Shown here: in pieces, positions 62,685-64,000 of the stretch | Layout: each line of letters begins with the position of its first letter | Position numbering within the stretch: the first letter of the stretch is position 1 | DNA from: Verrucomicrobiota bacterium | GTDB lineage: Bacteria; Verrucomicrobiota; Verrucomicrobiia; Opitutales; Cerasicoccaceae | DNA length: 64,000 nucleotides | Reading direction: 5' to 3' | Assembly (NCBI GenBank): GCA_039818205.1 | Contig: JBCBUK010000001.1 | Coordinates: 480,001 to 544,000 of the forward strand | Made by a program: the position numbers and the translations under genes | Notes under the pieces: generated by a model | Database searches by the model: none | The model's input: the letters and a program-made list of their open reading frames with translations, nothing else | Told to the model about the DNA's origin: nothing

Positions 62685-64000
62685 TTATTCTCCAGTAGCA
62701 ACACCGCGGCGACGCTCCAATTCAGCACGAATCTCGGCCATCTTCGAGCGGGTCAGCGGATACTTAAACAACAGGACCAAGCAAACCAGCAATGCGACAG
62801 CTTGGGGAATAGAATAGAAGAACCGGAGTTTCTCCATCGTGCCTTCCTTCTGATTATCCAGAACGGCGGATTGGCGTTTGGCCTCCTGAAAATCTTCCAG
62901 CGTTACCGGAGAATGACCAAACCACTTGTATCCGAAGTAACTGAAGATGTTGTATCCCTTAAATTTCACTACGGGATCGCCGTCTTTCACATCCTGAGGA
63001 ACGGACGCATATTCGATCTCGGCCTGCTTATCGATGGCTTCGTCGGCATCTTCCTTGGCTTTCTCCAACTTCTGGTCGGTAAACTTTTCCAGGGTCAGCG
63101 GACCATCACCGGAAAGCTGATACTCAAACCAACCAGCGAAGTTCGAAAAGCTAAACGGCACGACTGGGTCACCCGCCTTCTCTTCGGGAGTCAACGTATC
63201 GTAATCAATAGCTGCCTGCGCGACAACGCGCTCCATCAGTTCTTCATTCATGGCCTTACTATCGAACTGAACCACATGCTCGAGGTTCGCGCCGGAGATT
63301 ATAATCGCCAGCGTCATGGCGATCTTGTTGCACCAATTAGTAATCGCCGCAATAAGACCCTCACTCCGAGTACCTGTTTTATATTCATCCCAGTCACACA
63401 CGTCGGCCCGCATCGAGAGAATCAAGACCCAGAAGCCGCATTCACCAATCGCAACCAAAGGCTTCATCGAAAGCGCTAGCCAAGGACGTCCCGGAATGGT
63501 GGTGAAGTAAATTCCAACGAACGCAACAATCAGGACGACGACCGACCAAATCATGATCTTATGCTTGTCCACTTTATCGGTCAATTTTCCGATAACTGCT
63601 GCTGCAGCCAGAGCGAAGAACATTCGCAAGGTGCCATCAAACCCACCTAGGTTCGCTCCCGCCTGAATATCACCTTCATAAATGTAGTAAACATTGACAA
63701 AGTAAGACAAGTTGGCCGTAGCCATGATCGAGAAAAGGTAGAAAGCGATCACCCCGATCACGATCAAAAGCGGCTTGTTTCGAGCCAATGCCGAAATGCC
63801 TTCCATGAAGGTTCCAGCACCTTCCTTCGTAGCAATACTTTTGTATCGTTCCTTATTGAATAACGCCGGAAGGATTCCCGCTCCTATAATAATAGCAGCA
63901 ACCAGCCAGCTTACATAACGGATGCCGTTAGCGTTGCTACCGACCGAGTCAAAGGTCGCGAGCCAAGCCGCAAAGGGAAATATCCAGACAATTCCTAAAT
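62685..64000 (-). CDS. Glycoside-pentoside-hexuronide (GPH/MelB-like MFS) sugar:cation symporter, 5' part outside the window
   Basis: Frame stays open to base 64000 ([12 protein letters not shown]...KERY); [20 protein letters not shown] and [21 protein letters not shown] are typical of the family. Confidence 0.85.
   Translation of the reverse strand, partial: LGIVWIFPFAAWLATFDSVGSNANGIRYVSWLVAAIIIGAGILPALFNKERYKSIATKEGAGTFMEGISALARNKPLLIVIGVIAFYLFSIMATANLSYFVNVYYIYEGDIQAGANLGGFDGTLRMFFALAAAAVIGKLTDKVDKHKIMIWSVVVLIVAFVGIYFTTIPGRPWLALSMKPLVAIGECGFWVLILSMRADVCDWDEYKTGTRSEGLIAAITNWCNKIAMTLAIIISGANLEHVVQFDSKAMNEELMERVVAQAAIDYDTLTPEEKAGDPVVPFSFSNFAGWFEYQLSGDGPLTLEKFTDQKLEKAKEDADEAIDKQAEIEYASVPQDVKDGDPVVKFKGYNIFSYFGYKWFGHSPVTLEDFQEAKRQSAVLDNQKEGTMEKLRFFYSIPQAVALLVCLVLLFKYPLTRSKMAEIRAELERRRGVATGE
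62877..63218 (-). repeat. Tandem protein-level duplication (two ~50-aa units, 64-aa period) inside the GPH transporter
   Basis: [50 protein letters not shown] aligns without gaps to [50 protein letters not shown]. Confidence 0.85.

Noticed and set aside
1..64000. CRISPR arrays, tRNA/rRNA, IS elements, integrases, defence systems
   Set aside because: No spaced direct repeats, RNA-gene signatures, or transposase, integrase or nuclease motifs were seen by eye; covariance-model searches were not possible.

Overview
A 64-kb carbohydrate-catabolism region, most likely from a marine Verrucomicrobiota (Opitutae-like) bacterium. That taxonomy is inferred from a giant PilX-type/Verru_Chthon-like pilin gene, XylR-type LacI-AraC regulators, many Cys-type sulfatases and the absence of SusC/D. 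The dominant theme is red-algal galactan (agar/porphyran-type) breakdown: a GH86, a divergent GH86-like enzyme, a GH117, eight S1 sulfatases and SSS/GPH/TRAP/TTT transporters. Other modules: (i) a GntR-linked acid-sugar cluster with OtnK/OtnC but no visible LtnD/DenD or OtnI; (ii) a Tat-exported Gfo + DUF1080 pair; (iii) a LamG-FAD oxidoreductase-discoidin protein next to a His-pair membrane/DUF2271-like putative flavinylated protein; (iv) an AraC-linked operon built around a single-chain MocD-like di-iron oxygenase-Rieske-NAD(P)H reductase fusion, the best candidate for an undescribed system (a possible self-sufficient methyl-sugar/cyclitol O-demethylase); (v) a DUF4861-BNR4-kduI-TRAP uronate module; (vi) a GPH transporter with a duplicated loop domain. 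I saw no rRNA, tRNA, CRISPR or mobile element. All family calls come from motif recognition by eye; no database search was run.
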